This document shows positions 37,476 through 46,774 of a stretch of DNA of 64,000 nucleotides, piece after piece (the first letter of the stretch is position 1; every line of letters starts with the position of its first letter). Below the pieces are notes generated by a model. The model made no database searches, was not told the origin of the DNA, and saw only the letters and a list, made by a program, of their open reading frames with translations. This stretch comes from Bryobacterales bacterium. Its GTDB lineage: Bacteria > Acidobacteriota > Terriglobia > Bryobacterales > UBA6623. The stretch covers positions 20,795 through 84,794 of the forward strand of contig JBBDWJ010000244.1 of NCBI GenBank assembly GCA_040902925.1, read 5' to 3'. The position numbers were made by a program, and so were the translations under genes.

Positions 37476-39683
37476 ATGAAGATCGCCATCGTCTACAACC
37501 GTGAGAGCCGCAGCGTTATCAACCTGTTTGGCCGGCCGAATCGCGAAAAGATCGGCATGAAAACCATCCGCCGCCTGGAAGAGGCTTTGAAGAAAGGCGA
37601 TCACCAGGTGATTGCGCTCGAAGGCGACAAAGACTTGATCGACCGCCTTGGGGCATTCATGCCGCGGGTGCTCAAAGGCGAGCGGCCGGGCATGGTTTTC
37701 AACGTGTCCTACGGCATTCAAGGCCAAGCCCGCTACACGCATGTCCCCAGCATCCTTGAAATGGTCGGCATCCCCTACGTTGCTTCGGGGCCGCTAGCCC
37801 ACTCGCTGGCGCTCGACAAAGTCGTCACCAAGATGATTCTGCGGCAGCACAATCTGCCTACGCCGGACTTCATCGTGCTCGACAGCCCCGAGGCGGAGAT
37901 CCCCAAGCTCACGTATCCGATGATCGTCAAGCCCAAGAACGAGGCGGTCTCGTTCGGCCTCAAAGTGGTCCACAACGAGAAGGAGCTGCGGGAGGCCGCG
38001 GGCGTGATCTTCAAGGAGTTCGAGCAGGCGGTACTGGCCGAGCAGTTCATCGAGGGCCGCGAAGTCAACGTCGGGCTATTGGGGAACAACCCGCCGGAAG
38101 CATTCCCCCCGGTCGAGTTGAAATTCGGCAAGGGCGGACCGGGCATTTATACGTACGAGGACAAAACGGGCCGCAGCGGCCGTGAAATCGGCCACGAATG
38201 CCCCGCCAAGATCGGCCCCGAGCTGACGGCCAGGGCGGTCGAAATCTCGAAGAAAGCGTTCATGGCGCTGGGCTGCTACGATTGCGCCCGCGTCGATATG
38301 CGGCTCGACAAAAAGGGCAACCTCTACATCCTCGAGATCAACAGTCTGCCCAGCCTGGGCGAGCACGGTTCCTACCTGGTAGGCGCCGCCGCCGTGGGCC
38401 TCGATTTCACGAAATTCGTCAACCGCCTGGTGGAGGTCGCCAGCTCGCGCTACTTCGGAACGCCGCAGCCGCCGCAGTTCGACACCAAGGAGGTCGACAC
38501 CGCCACGCACGCCTTCTCGTTTCTCACCGAGCGGCGCGAACGGATGGAAAAGCGGCTGCGGGAATGGACGTCGCTTTCCAGCCGCACCGGCGATGCCATC
38601 GGCATGCAGCGCGCCGTAAGCCTGGCGAGCGAGATGTTCGACGAACTGGGCATGAAGCCGGTCGTGGAGTTCACCAACGAGCGCGAAGTATGGACCTGGG
38701 AGACGGCCAAGAAAATGGACGACGGCACGCTCTTCATTGGGCACCTTGACGTGCCGTTGGAGGGTTCCGCCCCGCACCAACCATTTCGCCGCGACCCGGA
38801 GTGGCTTTACGGCGAAGGCATCGGCTCCTCGCGCGCGCCGCTGGTGATGCTGGAGTTCGCTTTGCGGTCGTTGCGCAGCATCCGACGGCTGCGCAGCCTG
38901 CCGCTGGGCGTCCTGCTCTATGGTGATGAAGGCTCGGACGCACGGGCCAGCAAAGCCTTTATTGAAGCGGCGGCGGCGCGCGCCAAGCAGGTCCTGATTC
39001 TGCGGCCAGGCAACCTCGGCGATCACATGATCGTGCAGCGCCGCGGCCACCGCAAATACCGTTTTCGCGTCGAGGGCGACGCGCTACGCCCCGGCAGATT
39101 GATCAAGAAGCTGCCCCCGATTCGCTGGACCTGGAAAAGGCTCGAAGAGCTCGCCGAGCTTACCTCTCACAAGAACCGCATCTCTGTCTCAACCCTGGAT
39201 ATGCGGACCGAGCGGCTTCCCATGCGCCTGCCGCACCGCATCACGTCGACGATTCTGGTGACCTACCCCGACCCGGACGTGATCGGGCCGCTGGAGGAGC
39301 GTATGCGGGCGATTCCCGGCAAGAGCGGCCCGCGGTGGGAACTTGAGCTGCTTTCCGATCGCCCTCCGATGCGGGAACGCAAAGGCAACCAGCGGCTCGC
39401 CAAGTCGCTTGCCGAAGTCGCGAAGAACTGGGAGATTCCCCTCAAGTACGAATCTTCGACGTACCCCTCGGTGGCAGGACTGGTGCCGGTCAAGACACTA
39501 TGCCTCTGCGGCGCCGGGCCTGTGGCGCGCGACCTGGGCAACCCCGGCGAGTCGATCCAGCGCATCAGTCTGGTTCAGAGAACGCTGCTGCTGGCCGAGT
39601 TTCTCGCGCAACAACTCCAACCCAAGCAGGACGGCAAGCTGCCACCACCACCAAAACAGGACACCAAGCGGGCGGGGAAATAG
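37476..39683 (+). CDS. Fusion protein: N-terminal D-Ala-D-Ala-ligase-like ATP-grasp domain plus a C-terminal M20/M28-like (possibly degenerate) peptidase domain
   Basis: The first ~330 aa are ATP-grasp (MKIAIVYNRE..., YPMIVKPKNEAVSFGLKVV, AEQFIEGREVNVGLLGN, YILEINSLPSLG). The C-terminal ~380 aa have an M20-like layout (FIGHLDVPL, LYGEGIGSSRAP, LLYGDEGSD). Confidence 0.7.
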   Translation: MKIAIVYNRESRSVINLFGRPNREKIGMKTIRRLEEALKKGDHQVIALEGDKDLIDRLGAFMPRVLKGERPGMVFNVSYGIQGQARYTHVPSILEMVGIPYVASGPLAHSLALDKVVTKMILRQHNLPTPDFIVLDSPEAEIPKLTYPMIVKPKNEAVSFGLKVVHNEKELREAAGVIFKEFEQAVLAEQFIEGREVNVGLLGNNPPEAFPPVELKFGKGGPGIYTYEDKTGRSGREIGHECPAKIGPELTARAVEISKKAFMALGCYDCARVDMRLDKKGNLYILEINSLPSLGEHGSYLVGAAAVGLDFTKFVNRLVEVASSRYFGTPQPPQFDTKEVDTATHAFSFLTERRERMEKRLREWTSLSSRTGDAIGMQRAVSLASEMFDELGMKPVVEFTNEREVWTWETAKKMDDGTLFIGHLDVPLEGSAPHQPFRRDPEWLYGEGIGSSRAPLVMLEFALRSLRSIRRLRSLPLGVLLYGDEGSDARASKAFIEAAAARAKQVLILRPGNLGDHMIVQRRGHRKYRFRVEGDALRPGRLIKKLPPIRWTWKRLEELAELTSHKNRISVSTLDMRTERLPMRLPHRITSTILVTYPDPDVIGPLEERMRAIPGKSGPRWELELLSDRPPMRERKGNQRLAKSLAEVAKNWEIPLKYESSTYPSVAGLVPVKTLCLCGAGPVARDLGNPGESIQRISLVQRTLLLAEFLAQQLQPKQDGKLPPPPKQDTKRAGK

Positions 39684-39686
39684 CCG

Positions 39687-41303
39687 ATGGTCTCGAAACT
39701 TCGACGCGCCCCCGTGGACACCGAACGGCTTGATATCGGAAACCGCCGCATCCGCTTCCCGCAGCGCGTGGGGGTCTCACGCAACGGCATGGTCGCGACG
39801 GCGCAGCACCGCGCCACCGACGCCGGCGTCGAAATTCTCGAGGAAGGCGGCAACGCCATCGACGCCGCCGTGGCCGCGGCCTTCGCACTCGGCGTCTGCG
39901 AGCCGGCAGCCTGCGGGCTCGGCGGACAGACCATGATGCTGATTCACCAGGCCGAATCCCGCCGCACGATTGCTCTCGATGGCTCTTCGCGAGCGCCCAA
40001 CCGCGCCGTGCCGGGTTTGCTCGACAAGCCAGAACGGCGCATGGGCTATCGGGCGATGACGGTCCCGAGCACGCCGGCGTGTCTGCGCTACGCCCTAGAG
40101 CAGTACGGCACGCTCAAACTGCCGCGCCTGCTAGAACCGGCCATTCGCCTTGCCGAAGAGGGTTATGAGATCACGCCGTTGCAGCACTGGCTTGCCCGGC
40201 GCGAGCTCAAGCTTCTCAAGTCGGGCACAGCGGCCCGCTTCTTTCTGCGCGATGGCGAGCGGCCGTATGCCACGGGCGCTTTGTTTAAGCAACCAGTTCT
40301 CGCCGAGACGTTGCGCCGCCTTGCGAAGAAGGGCGTCCGGGATTTTTACTCCGGAGAAATCGCAGCGCAGATCGAGCAGGACATGCTCCGCAACGACGGG
40401 CTCATCCATCGCGACGACCTGGCGCAAGTGCCCCGTCCGATCGAGCGGCGCCCAGTTTCGGGCCACTACATGGGCTACCGCGTGTTCACGTTCCCTCCGC
40501 CGGCCGCCGGACGTACGTTGATTCAGATGATCAACGTGTTCGACCACCTGCCAGCCAAGAATCGCAACCTCGACACGCCGGAAGGCGCGGTTGCCCTCGC
40601 CGAGGTGATTCGGCGCGCGTTTCTCGACCGCCAGGATCGTCCCTATGATCCGAACTTCTACCTGCAAGTCAACTCGAAGCGTATGTTGAGCACGGGGCAC
40701 GCCAAGACCGTGGCCCGCCAGGTTCTCAAGCGGCTTCGCACATCGGGTGAGACCACGCATCTTTCCGTGATGGACCGGTACGGCAACGCCGTGGCGCTGA
40801 CGCAGTCCATCGAAAACGTCTTCGGGTCATGCTCGGCGACGGCGGAGCTGGGCTTTCTTTACAACAACTACATGAACGCGTTCGATTACTCGGACATCTC
40901 GCACCCGCACTACATGCGGCCGAACGCGGTGCCCTGGGCGAGCGTCGCGCCAACGATCGTATTTCGCGGCAAGCGCCCCTGGATGGCGATCGGGTCCCCG
41001 GGAAGCGAGCGCATTACGCCCTCAATCTTTCAGGTATTGCACCGCCTGCAGACGCACACTCCGTTCGCGGCCGTGGACGCGCCGCGACTGCACTGCTCGC
41101 TGACCGGCACGGTTTCGTTCGAGGCGGCCCGCATGCGCGACGACATACCGGCGGCGTTGCTACGTCATGGCTATCAGCTCGATATTCGCGATCCCTACTC
41201 GTTCTATATGGGCTGCGTGCAATTGGTTATGCACGAGGGCGAAGAATTCATCGGCGTCGCCGACCCGCGCCGGGATGGCTCGGCCCGGGGTCCCGCCAAG
41301 TGA
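39687..41303 (+). CDS. ggt: Gamma-glutamyltransferase-family protein without an obvious signal peptide
   Basis: The N-terminal region reads GMVATAQHRATDAGVEILEEGGNAIDAAVAAAFALGV. The autoprocessing/nucleophile region is SGETTHLSVMDRYGNAVALTQS, and GSPGSERI follows. The start lies 4 nt after the upstream stop. Confidence 0.88.
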   Translation: MVSKLRRAPVDTERLDIGNRRIRFPQRVGVSRNGMVATAQHRATDAGVEILEEGGNAIDAAVAAAFALGVCEPAACGLGGQTMMLIHQAESRRTIALDGSSRAPNRAVPGLLDKPERRMGYRAMTVPSTPACLRYALEQYGTLKLPRLLEPAIRLAEEGYEITPLQHWLARRELKLLKSGTAARFFLRDGERPYATGALFKQPVLAETLRRLAKKGVRDFYSGEIAAQIEQDMLRNDGLIHRDDLAQVPRPIERRPVSGHYMGYRVFTFPPPAAGRTLIQMINVFDHLPAKNRNLDTPEGAVALAEVIRRAFLDRQDRPYDPNFYLQVNSKRMLSTGHAKTVARQVLKRLRTSGETTHLSVMDRYGNAVALTQSIENVFGSCSATAELGFLYNNYMNAFDYSDISHPHYMRPNAVPWASVAPTIVFRGKRPWMAIGSPGSERITPSIFQVLHRLQTHTPFAAVDAPRLHCSLTGTVSFEAARMRDDIPAALLRHGYQLDIRDPYSFYMGCVQLVMHEGEEFIGVADPRRDGSARGPAK

Positions 41304-41989
41304 GCCTGCCGCTGCTGCTTTCGGTGCCGCATGCCGGCTTGCGGGTGCCGCCTGAGGTGGAATCTTTCTGTACCCTCACACCGCGCGAGATTGCCGAAGA
41401 TAGCGACGAAGGCGCAGCGGAAATCTACGCGCTCGAATCGCACGTGGCGGCCTACCAGACCGCCGATGTGGCGCGCGCCGTCGTCGATCTGAATCGCGCG
41501 CCCGGCGACCGCCGGCCCGACGGCGTCGTCAAAACTCACACCTGCTTCCATGTGCCCGTTTATCGCGAGTTTCCTCCGGAGCCGGTCGTCGAAGCCCTCC
41601 TCGAGCGTTACTACTGGCCCTATCAGCAGGCGCTGACGCGGCTGGCGTCCCGCGATGTGATGCTTGCGGTCGACTGCCATACGATGCTCGCCAAGGGCCC
41701 GCCGATCGGGCCTGGCCCGGGCATCGAGCGTCCCTGGGTTTGCCTTAGCAACGCGGATGGCACTTGTCCTCAATCCTGGATCGAGGCGCTGCAGCGTTGT
41801 TTCCAGGATGTGTTTGAAGGGCCGGTCACGATCAACGATCCCTTCCGGGGCGGTTACATCACTCGCACCCATGCCGCCGAAATGCCTTGGGTGCAACTGG
41901 AACTGTCGCGCGCTGCGTTTCTGAGCCTGGCCGAGAAACGCGAACGCGTACTGGCAGCCCTCGCCGCCTGGTGCCGCCGGAACTTGTGA
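41300..41989 (+). CDS. N-formylglutamate amidohydrolase (FGase) family protein
   Basis: VSLPLLLSVPHAGLRVPPEV...AVVDLNR...LAVDCHTM resembles the FGase/HutG family. The GTG start overlaps the ggt stop (GTGA). The upstream part of track ORF 40829..41989 is out of frame within ggt. Confidence 0.65.
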   Translation: MSLPLLLSVPHAGLRVPPEVESFCTLTPREIAEDSDEGAAEIYALESHVAAYQTADVARAVVDLNRAPGDRRPDGVVKTHTCFHVPVYREFPPEPVVEALLERYYWPYQQALTRLASRDVMLAVDCHTMLAKGPPIGPGPGIERPWVCLSNADGTCPQSWIEALQRCFQDVFEGPVTINDPFRGGYITRTHAAEMPWVQLELSRAAFLSLAEKRERVLAALAAWCRRNL

Positions 41990-42158
41990 CCGGGGCAGTG
42001 CATCGCGCTTGTCCAAAGACTCAAAAAACCCGAAACACCCCAACCACAAGGAGCCCGGCGCTGCGATCGGTATAATTGCGGCCAGGTGCAGCGCCCGGCC
42101 GTCAGAGCCGCCGCGCCCGCAATTGCCTGGAAGGCCCACTCATTCCTGGGAGGCATTC

Positions 42159-43286
42159 ATGAATCTTCGCCATCGCCGTTCGTCGCTGTTCACGCTCCTC
42201 GTCATCGTTCTGGCTTTCGCCCTGACAGTACCGAACACGTCGGCGGCTTCGGCGGACCGCTTCGAGCAGGCCATCAAGGCAGGCCGCGCCGCTGTCGAGG
42301 AACTGGTCGAGTCTCCGAAGGGTCCTCCCGGAATCGGCGTCGCCGTGTTGGTGGATGGCAGAATCGTTTGGGCGGATGGTTTTGGCTTTGCCGATCTCGA
42401 ACAACGCGTGGCGCTCTGGCCCCATACGAAGATGCGCATCGGCAGCGTCTCGAAACCAATCACCTCGGCCGCGCTTGGCCTGCTCTACGAGCAGAACAAA
42501 CTCGACCTCGATGCGCCTGTCCAGAAATACGTGCCGTCGTTCCCCAAGAAAAAATACCCCATCACTACGCGGCAGGTCGCCGGGCATCTTTCCGGCATCC
42601 GTCACTATGAGGACCGCACGGATGCCGAGGTCTTCAATACACGCCACTTCGCCACGGTGCTCGAAGGGCTTTCGCTTTTCAAGGATGATCCGTTGCTGTT
42701 TGAGCCCGGTGAGAAGTTTCACTACTCCAGCCACGGCTGGAATCTGCTCAGCGCGGTGGTCGAAGGCGCCTCCGGGCAGGACTTCCTCAGCTATATGCAA
42801 CGGAACGTCTTCGACGCGGCCGGAATGCGCCACACCATCGCCGACCTCAACGCGCTAATCGTTCCAAATCGCGCGCGGTTTTACGTCCGCGACGAACAGG
42901 GGCATTGGAAGAACGCGCCCTATGTCGACAACAGCTACAAGTGGGCCGGCGGTGGGTTTCTGTCCACGCCGGAAGATCTGGTGCGCTTCGGCTGGGCGAT
43001 CATCGGCGGACGTCTGCTGAAACCGGAAACCGTCACCCTGTTTACCACCTCGCAGCGAACCAGCGACGGCAAAGAGACCGGCTACGGCATCGGCTGGGAT
43101 GTCTCAACAGACAGCAAGGGACGCCGCACGATCGGGCACGGTGGAGGTTCGGTGGGCGGAGCCTCGGGGCTGTTGGCTTACCCCGAACAGCGCGTCGTTG
43201 TCGCCATCATCGTCAACACCGGCGAGATCCCCGATCGTGACAAACTCATGCAACGCATCGCCGAGGGATTTATCGCAGCGCCGTAG
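42159..43286 (+). CDS. Secreted beta-lactamase-fold serine hydrolase (class C / esterase family)
   Basis: The signal peptide is MNLRHRRSSLFTLLVIVLAFALTVPNTSAASA. The SxxK motif is IGSVSKPITSAALG, followed by YSSHGW and GHGGGSVGG. The ATG at 42159 was confirmed. Confidence 0.85.
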   Translation: MNLRHRRSSLFTLLVIVLAFALTVPNTSAASADRFEQAIKAGRAAVEELVESPKGPPGIGVAVLVDGRIVWADGFGFADLEQRVALWPHTKMRIGSVSKPITSAALGLLYEQNKLDLDAPVQKYVPSFPKKKYPITTRQVAGHLSGIRHYEDRTDAEVFNTRHFATVLEGLSLFKDDPLLFEPGEKFHYSSHGWNLLSAVVEGASGQDFLSYMQRNVFDAAGMRHTIADLNALIVPNRARFYVRDEQGHWKNAPYVDNSYKWAGGGFLSTPEDLVRFGWAIIGGRLLKPETVTLFTTSQRTSDGKETGYGIGWDVSTDSKGRRTIGHGGGSVGGASGLLAYPEQRVVVAIIVNTGEIPDRDKLMQRIAEGFIAAP

Positions 43287-43451
43287 CTCAATTCGCTGCG
43301 AATGGACGCTCCCGGGCGCCCGCGCCTCCATCCGCGTGCCGCGGGAAATCTCGCGCAGACGGCGCGGCGGTTGACCGGCAAAACAGATCGGCGTCCCAGG
43401 GGGCATGTCGCGCTCCCGGCCAGGCACCACAAGGCTCTCCAGGAAACTCCG

Positions 43452-46400
43452 CTAGAAAACCAGGCGCAGCGACAATTGCACGGTTCGCGCCAGCCCCTCG
43501 GTCCTGACGATCCCGAAATGAGGATCATCGATGTTGGTGAACGGAAAATCCCAGTTCCTGTTGTTGAACACGTTGAGGAAGTCGAAGCTGATGTCCGCAG
43601 ACAGGATTTCGCTGACGGCAAGCTGCCTAGTCAGCCTCAGGTCCCATTGCTGAAAACCCTGCATGCGAAATTGGTTGCGCGTCACTGTCCCCGGGCGAAG
43701 TTCATTGAAGTTGGTGGGATCGACATTTTGGAACACCGTCGGGTCGAAAGCGAACCTGCCGGTGATGGTTCGGCCGTCCTGAAGCGTGAACGTACGGACC
43801 TCACTGGGATCGAGCAACTGGAACTCGCCGACCAGGTCGGGCCGCCCGATGCGCTGAAAGCTGTAGGTGGGGTCCTTGGTTTGGCGGATATCGAGCGGCA
43901 GGCCCGAGCGCCAGCGCCACAAGCCGGTGACCTGCCAGTTGTCGAGCCAGGCGAGTTTGCCGTTCCAGCTTCGCGGCAACCGCCATTGATAAAACCACGA
44001 GGCCGTCAGAGTGTGCGTGCGGTCGAAGCTGGAGGGCGACCACGGCGCGGTGATGAGCTCGTCGCCAAAATCGCTGCTGCCATTGTCGAATGACTGCGAC
44101 CAGGTGTAGTTGAGATCAAACGCCAAGCCGCGGGCAAGGTAGCGGTTGGCGCGCAACTGCGCACCATGGTAGCGGCCGCTGCCTGAGCTCTCGAACGAGC
44201 GGATGTCGCGGTATTGCGAAAACCGCCGCATGTTGTCGATGAAGGCAAAACTGAGCACCGGATTTCGCTCGAACAGATTCAACTCGCGCTGGCGCTGCAG
44301 CGATAGGGTTCGCGTGCCGACGTAGACCGCGCTGGCGAATACGCGCCCGGCCAATAGCCGCTGCCAGCCGATGGTCCAATGGTGAGCCCTGGCGTTGTCG
44401 AAGTTGGGGTCGAACACCAGGATGGGGTAGGAGACCTGGTTGGAAATGATCTGTCCGGGCTCGAGGCGAGGCACGGTGGAAAGCGGCGCGCGAAAGCTGC
44501 CCTTCGTGCCGAGCCGGCTGAACTCGAAGCGGTTGTCAGTGCTCCAGGGCGGATACGTGGCGCGAAACAGCGCCGTAGCGCTCGATCCCGCGAAAGTTCC
44601 AAAATCGTAAAACACCCCGTAGGAAGCGCGGAATACCGAGCGGCCCGACTCGCCCAGGATCCAACGCGACAGCCGGTTATCCCAGCCAGGCGAAAAAGCC
44701 AGACCGACCCGCGGAGCCCAGTTGCGGCCGTCGGTGCCTACCGTCGAGCGCGGCAACGCGCCGCCCAAAGGGTCGGGGTCGCCCGGGAAGATCAAGTTCG
44801 GGAGGGTGTTGGGAAATTTCTGAGTCGTCACGCCCTCGCGGAAAGCGGCGATGCGGTCAAAGCGGTCGACCGCCGGGGGCTGCGACTCGTAACGAATACC
44901 CAAAGTCAGTTGCAGGCCGCGCGCCAGCCGGAAGTCGCCCTCGCCGTAGAAAGCAAACTCCTCCCAGCGCAAATCGAGGCTGCGCGGGCTCTGTAGGCGA
45001 TAACGTCCCGGAACGCCCATCAACAGGTTGGCCACGCTGTTGCGCGTTCCCTGAAAGGCGCCGGCAATGAAATCGAAGCTGCCGGCGAAGTTTTCCGTAT
45101 TCGTAAACGGCCAGATGCCTCGCCGAAACAGCGCGCCGCCGCGCAGCACGTGGCCCCGCGGGCGGTACTCGAAATCGTTGCGGATCTGGTAGGTCGTTTC
45201 GATCGACGACTCCGAAGAAACGAACGGCGCGATCCGAAATCGCTGCGCGCCCGTGTTCGTGAATAGCGTCACATCGGGGATCGTTCCTGGATCTACACCG
45301 CTGAAGCTGGCGTAGTCGAACCCAAACGTGCCGGCCGACGTATCGTGATAGTCCAAATGGCCCGTCCAGCGACCGATCGACAAACGCTGGCCGGAAAGCT
45401 GCACGGCGTGAGTGATGTTCGGCGTCGGCGTATGGATGACCGAAATTTGCGCGTTGTGGGAGAGCTGACGGCGCCGCGAGACCGCGCGCGGAGACGGTGT
45501 CAGGAAATCGCTAAGGGGATCGCGCACCACGTTGCGGAACCCTACGTGGCTGGCGTTGATGGCCCACTTTGACAAGCGATAATCGAGCCGCCCCAGGAAC
45601 ATTTCCCCGGTGCTTTCGAGATTGTTTTCGGCCTGGTGCAGCGCTTGCCCGAACACGTTCGGTTCCGGGACAAACGTGGCCAAGTACTTTTGCATCAGGG
45701 GATCAAAACGGCTTTCGGGAACCTTGCCGTCGGGGAACAGTTGTCCGCTTTGCGGATCCAAAGGAGCGGTGGCGGGGTCGCTCGAAAAATCGCCCAGCCG
45801 TTCCTGGAAACTCAGGACGGGATATTGTGCCGTATGCCGGCGCTCAGCGCGCCAGATCTCTCCATCGAGCAACAGGAACAAGCCGCGCGCGAGCGGACCG
45901 CCGGCCTGGCCGCCGCCCGCGAATCCCTCCAGCGAATCCGTCGAGCCGTCGTAGGTCTCCAGAAGATTTCCAAGATGCGGGCGCCAGAAGCCGCGCGCCT
46001 GGCCGTGCCAGTTGGGCCCGCCGCCGCGGGTCACCGGAGCGACCACGGCTCCGGCGTTGCGGCCGTCGCGGGCGGAATAGGTGTGGGTCACGACGCGGAA
46101 GGTTTCGATCGCTTCCGGCGCCGGCCCGTAGGTGCCGGCCTGGGAGCCGGTGAGCCGGTTCTGGGCGTTGTTCGATCCGCCATCAAGCTGGTAGTTGATC
46201 GCCGAGCGCCGCGACCCGTTGGCGGAAACAGCCGCGCCGCGCCCCGAAAACGGATTAACCTCAAGGGCCTCGACAGGGCTCATGCCCGGCACCAAGAGAA
46301 GCATCTTGTCGAGCGCCGTGCGGCCCTCGGTGCCAAGCAAAACCGGGACCGCTTCGATCTGCTCGCGCACCAGCCCGTATTCCAGTGCGATGCCTTCCAA

Positions 46401-46766
46401 GCCGGCCGTCGGCCGCGTCAACGGACGGGACAACTTCTCCAATTGCACGACGACATCGACAGGGCTGTCGGGCAGCAGCTCATAAGGACCGAGGCGTTGA
46501 ACTGCGTAGCTTTCGATCTCGAACGAAAGAGAGTAGCGGCCGGTGCGCAGTCCGCCGAAGGAGAATAGGCCGGCGATATCGGTGTGCGCGGTGATGAGTT
46601 TGGCGCTCGAAAGGTCGATCAGCCCGACCTCGACGTCCCGCAGCGGGAGGCCGCTCGAATCGTGCACGCGACCTTGGATGGTTCCGGGGGAAAAGATCTG
46701 CGCGGAAGCGCTAACCACCGCCATCGAGAAAGCGGCGAGCGCCAGCAAAGTCCACGCTCGAAGCAT
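43452..46766 (-). CDS. TonB-dependent-receptor-like outer-membrane beta-barrel with an N-terminal carboxypeptidase-regulatory-like domain
   Basis: The signal peptide is MLRAWTLLALAAFSMAVVSASAQ. The CarboxypepD_reg pattern is GTIQGRVHDSSGLPLRDVEVGL...TDIAGLFSFGGLRTGRYSL. A barrel of about 1000 aa ends ...LSLRLVF. Confidence 0.8.
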   Translation of the reverse strand: MLRAWTLLALAAFSMAVVSASAQIFSPGTIQGRVHDSSGLPLRDVEVGLIDLSSAKLITAHTDIAGLFSFGGLRTGRYSLSFEIESYAVQRLGPYELLPDSPVDVVVQLEKLSRPLTRPTAGLEGIALEYGLVREQIEAVPVLLGTEGRTALDKMLLLVPGMSPVEALEVNPFSGRGAAVSANGSRRSAINYQLDGGSNNAQNRLTGSQAGTYGPAPEAIETFRVVTHTYSARDGRNAGAVVAPVTRGGGPNWHGQARGFWRPHLGNLLETYDGSTDSLEGFAGGGQAGGPLARGLFLLLDGEIWRAERRHTAQYPVLSFQERLGDFSSDPATAPLDPQSGQLFPDGKVPESRFDPLMQKYLATFVPEPNVFGQALHQAENNLESTGEMFLGRLDYRLSKWAINASHVGFRNVVRDPLSDFLTPSPRAVSRRRQLSHNAQISVIHTPTPNITHAVQLSGQRLSIGRWTGHLDYHDTSAGTFGFDYASFSGVDPGTIPDVTLFTNTGAQRFRIAPFVSSESSIETTYQIRNDFEYRPRGHVLRGGALFRRGIWPFTNTENFAGSFDFIAGAFQGTRNSVANLLMGVPGRYRLQSPRSLDLRWEEFAFYGEGDFRLARGLQLTLGIRYESQPPAVDRFDRIAAFREGVTTQKFPNTLPNLIFPGDPDPLGGALPRSTVGTDGRNWAPRVGLAFSPGWDNRLSRWILGESGRSVFRASYGVFYDFGTFAGSSATALFRATYPPWSTDNRFEFSRLGTKGSFRAPLSTVPRLEPGQIISNQVSYPILVFDPNFDNARAHHWTIGWQRLLAGRVFASAVYVGTRTLSLQRQRELNLFERNPVLSFAFIDNMRRFSQYRDIRSFESSGSGRYHGAQLRANRYLARGLAFDLNYTWSQSFDNGSSDFGDELITAPWSPSSFDRTHTLTASWFYQWRLPRSWNGKLAWLDNWQVTGLWRWRSGLPLDIRQTKDPTYSFQRIGRPDLVGEFQLLDPSEVRTFTLQDGRTITGRFAFDPTVFQNVDPTNFNELRPGTVTRNQFRMQGFQQWDLRLTRQLAVSEILSADISFDFLNVFNNRNWDFPFTNIDDPHFGIVRTEGLARTVQLSLRLVF

Positions 46767-46774
46767 GGGCACGA

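Noticed and set aside
40829-41299. The 5' portion of track ORF 40829..41989.
   Set aside because: It lies out of frame inside the ggt gene. The FGase-like similarity begins only at the GTG at 41300, which overlaps the ggt stop.
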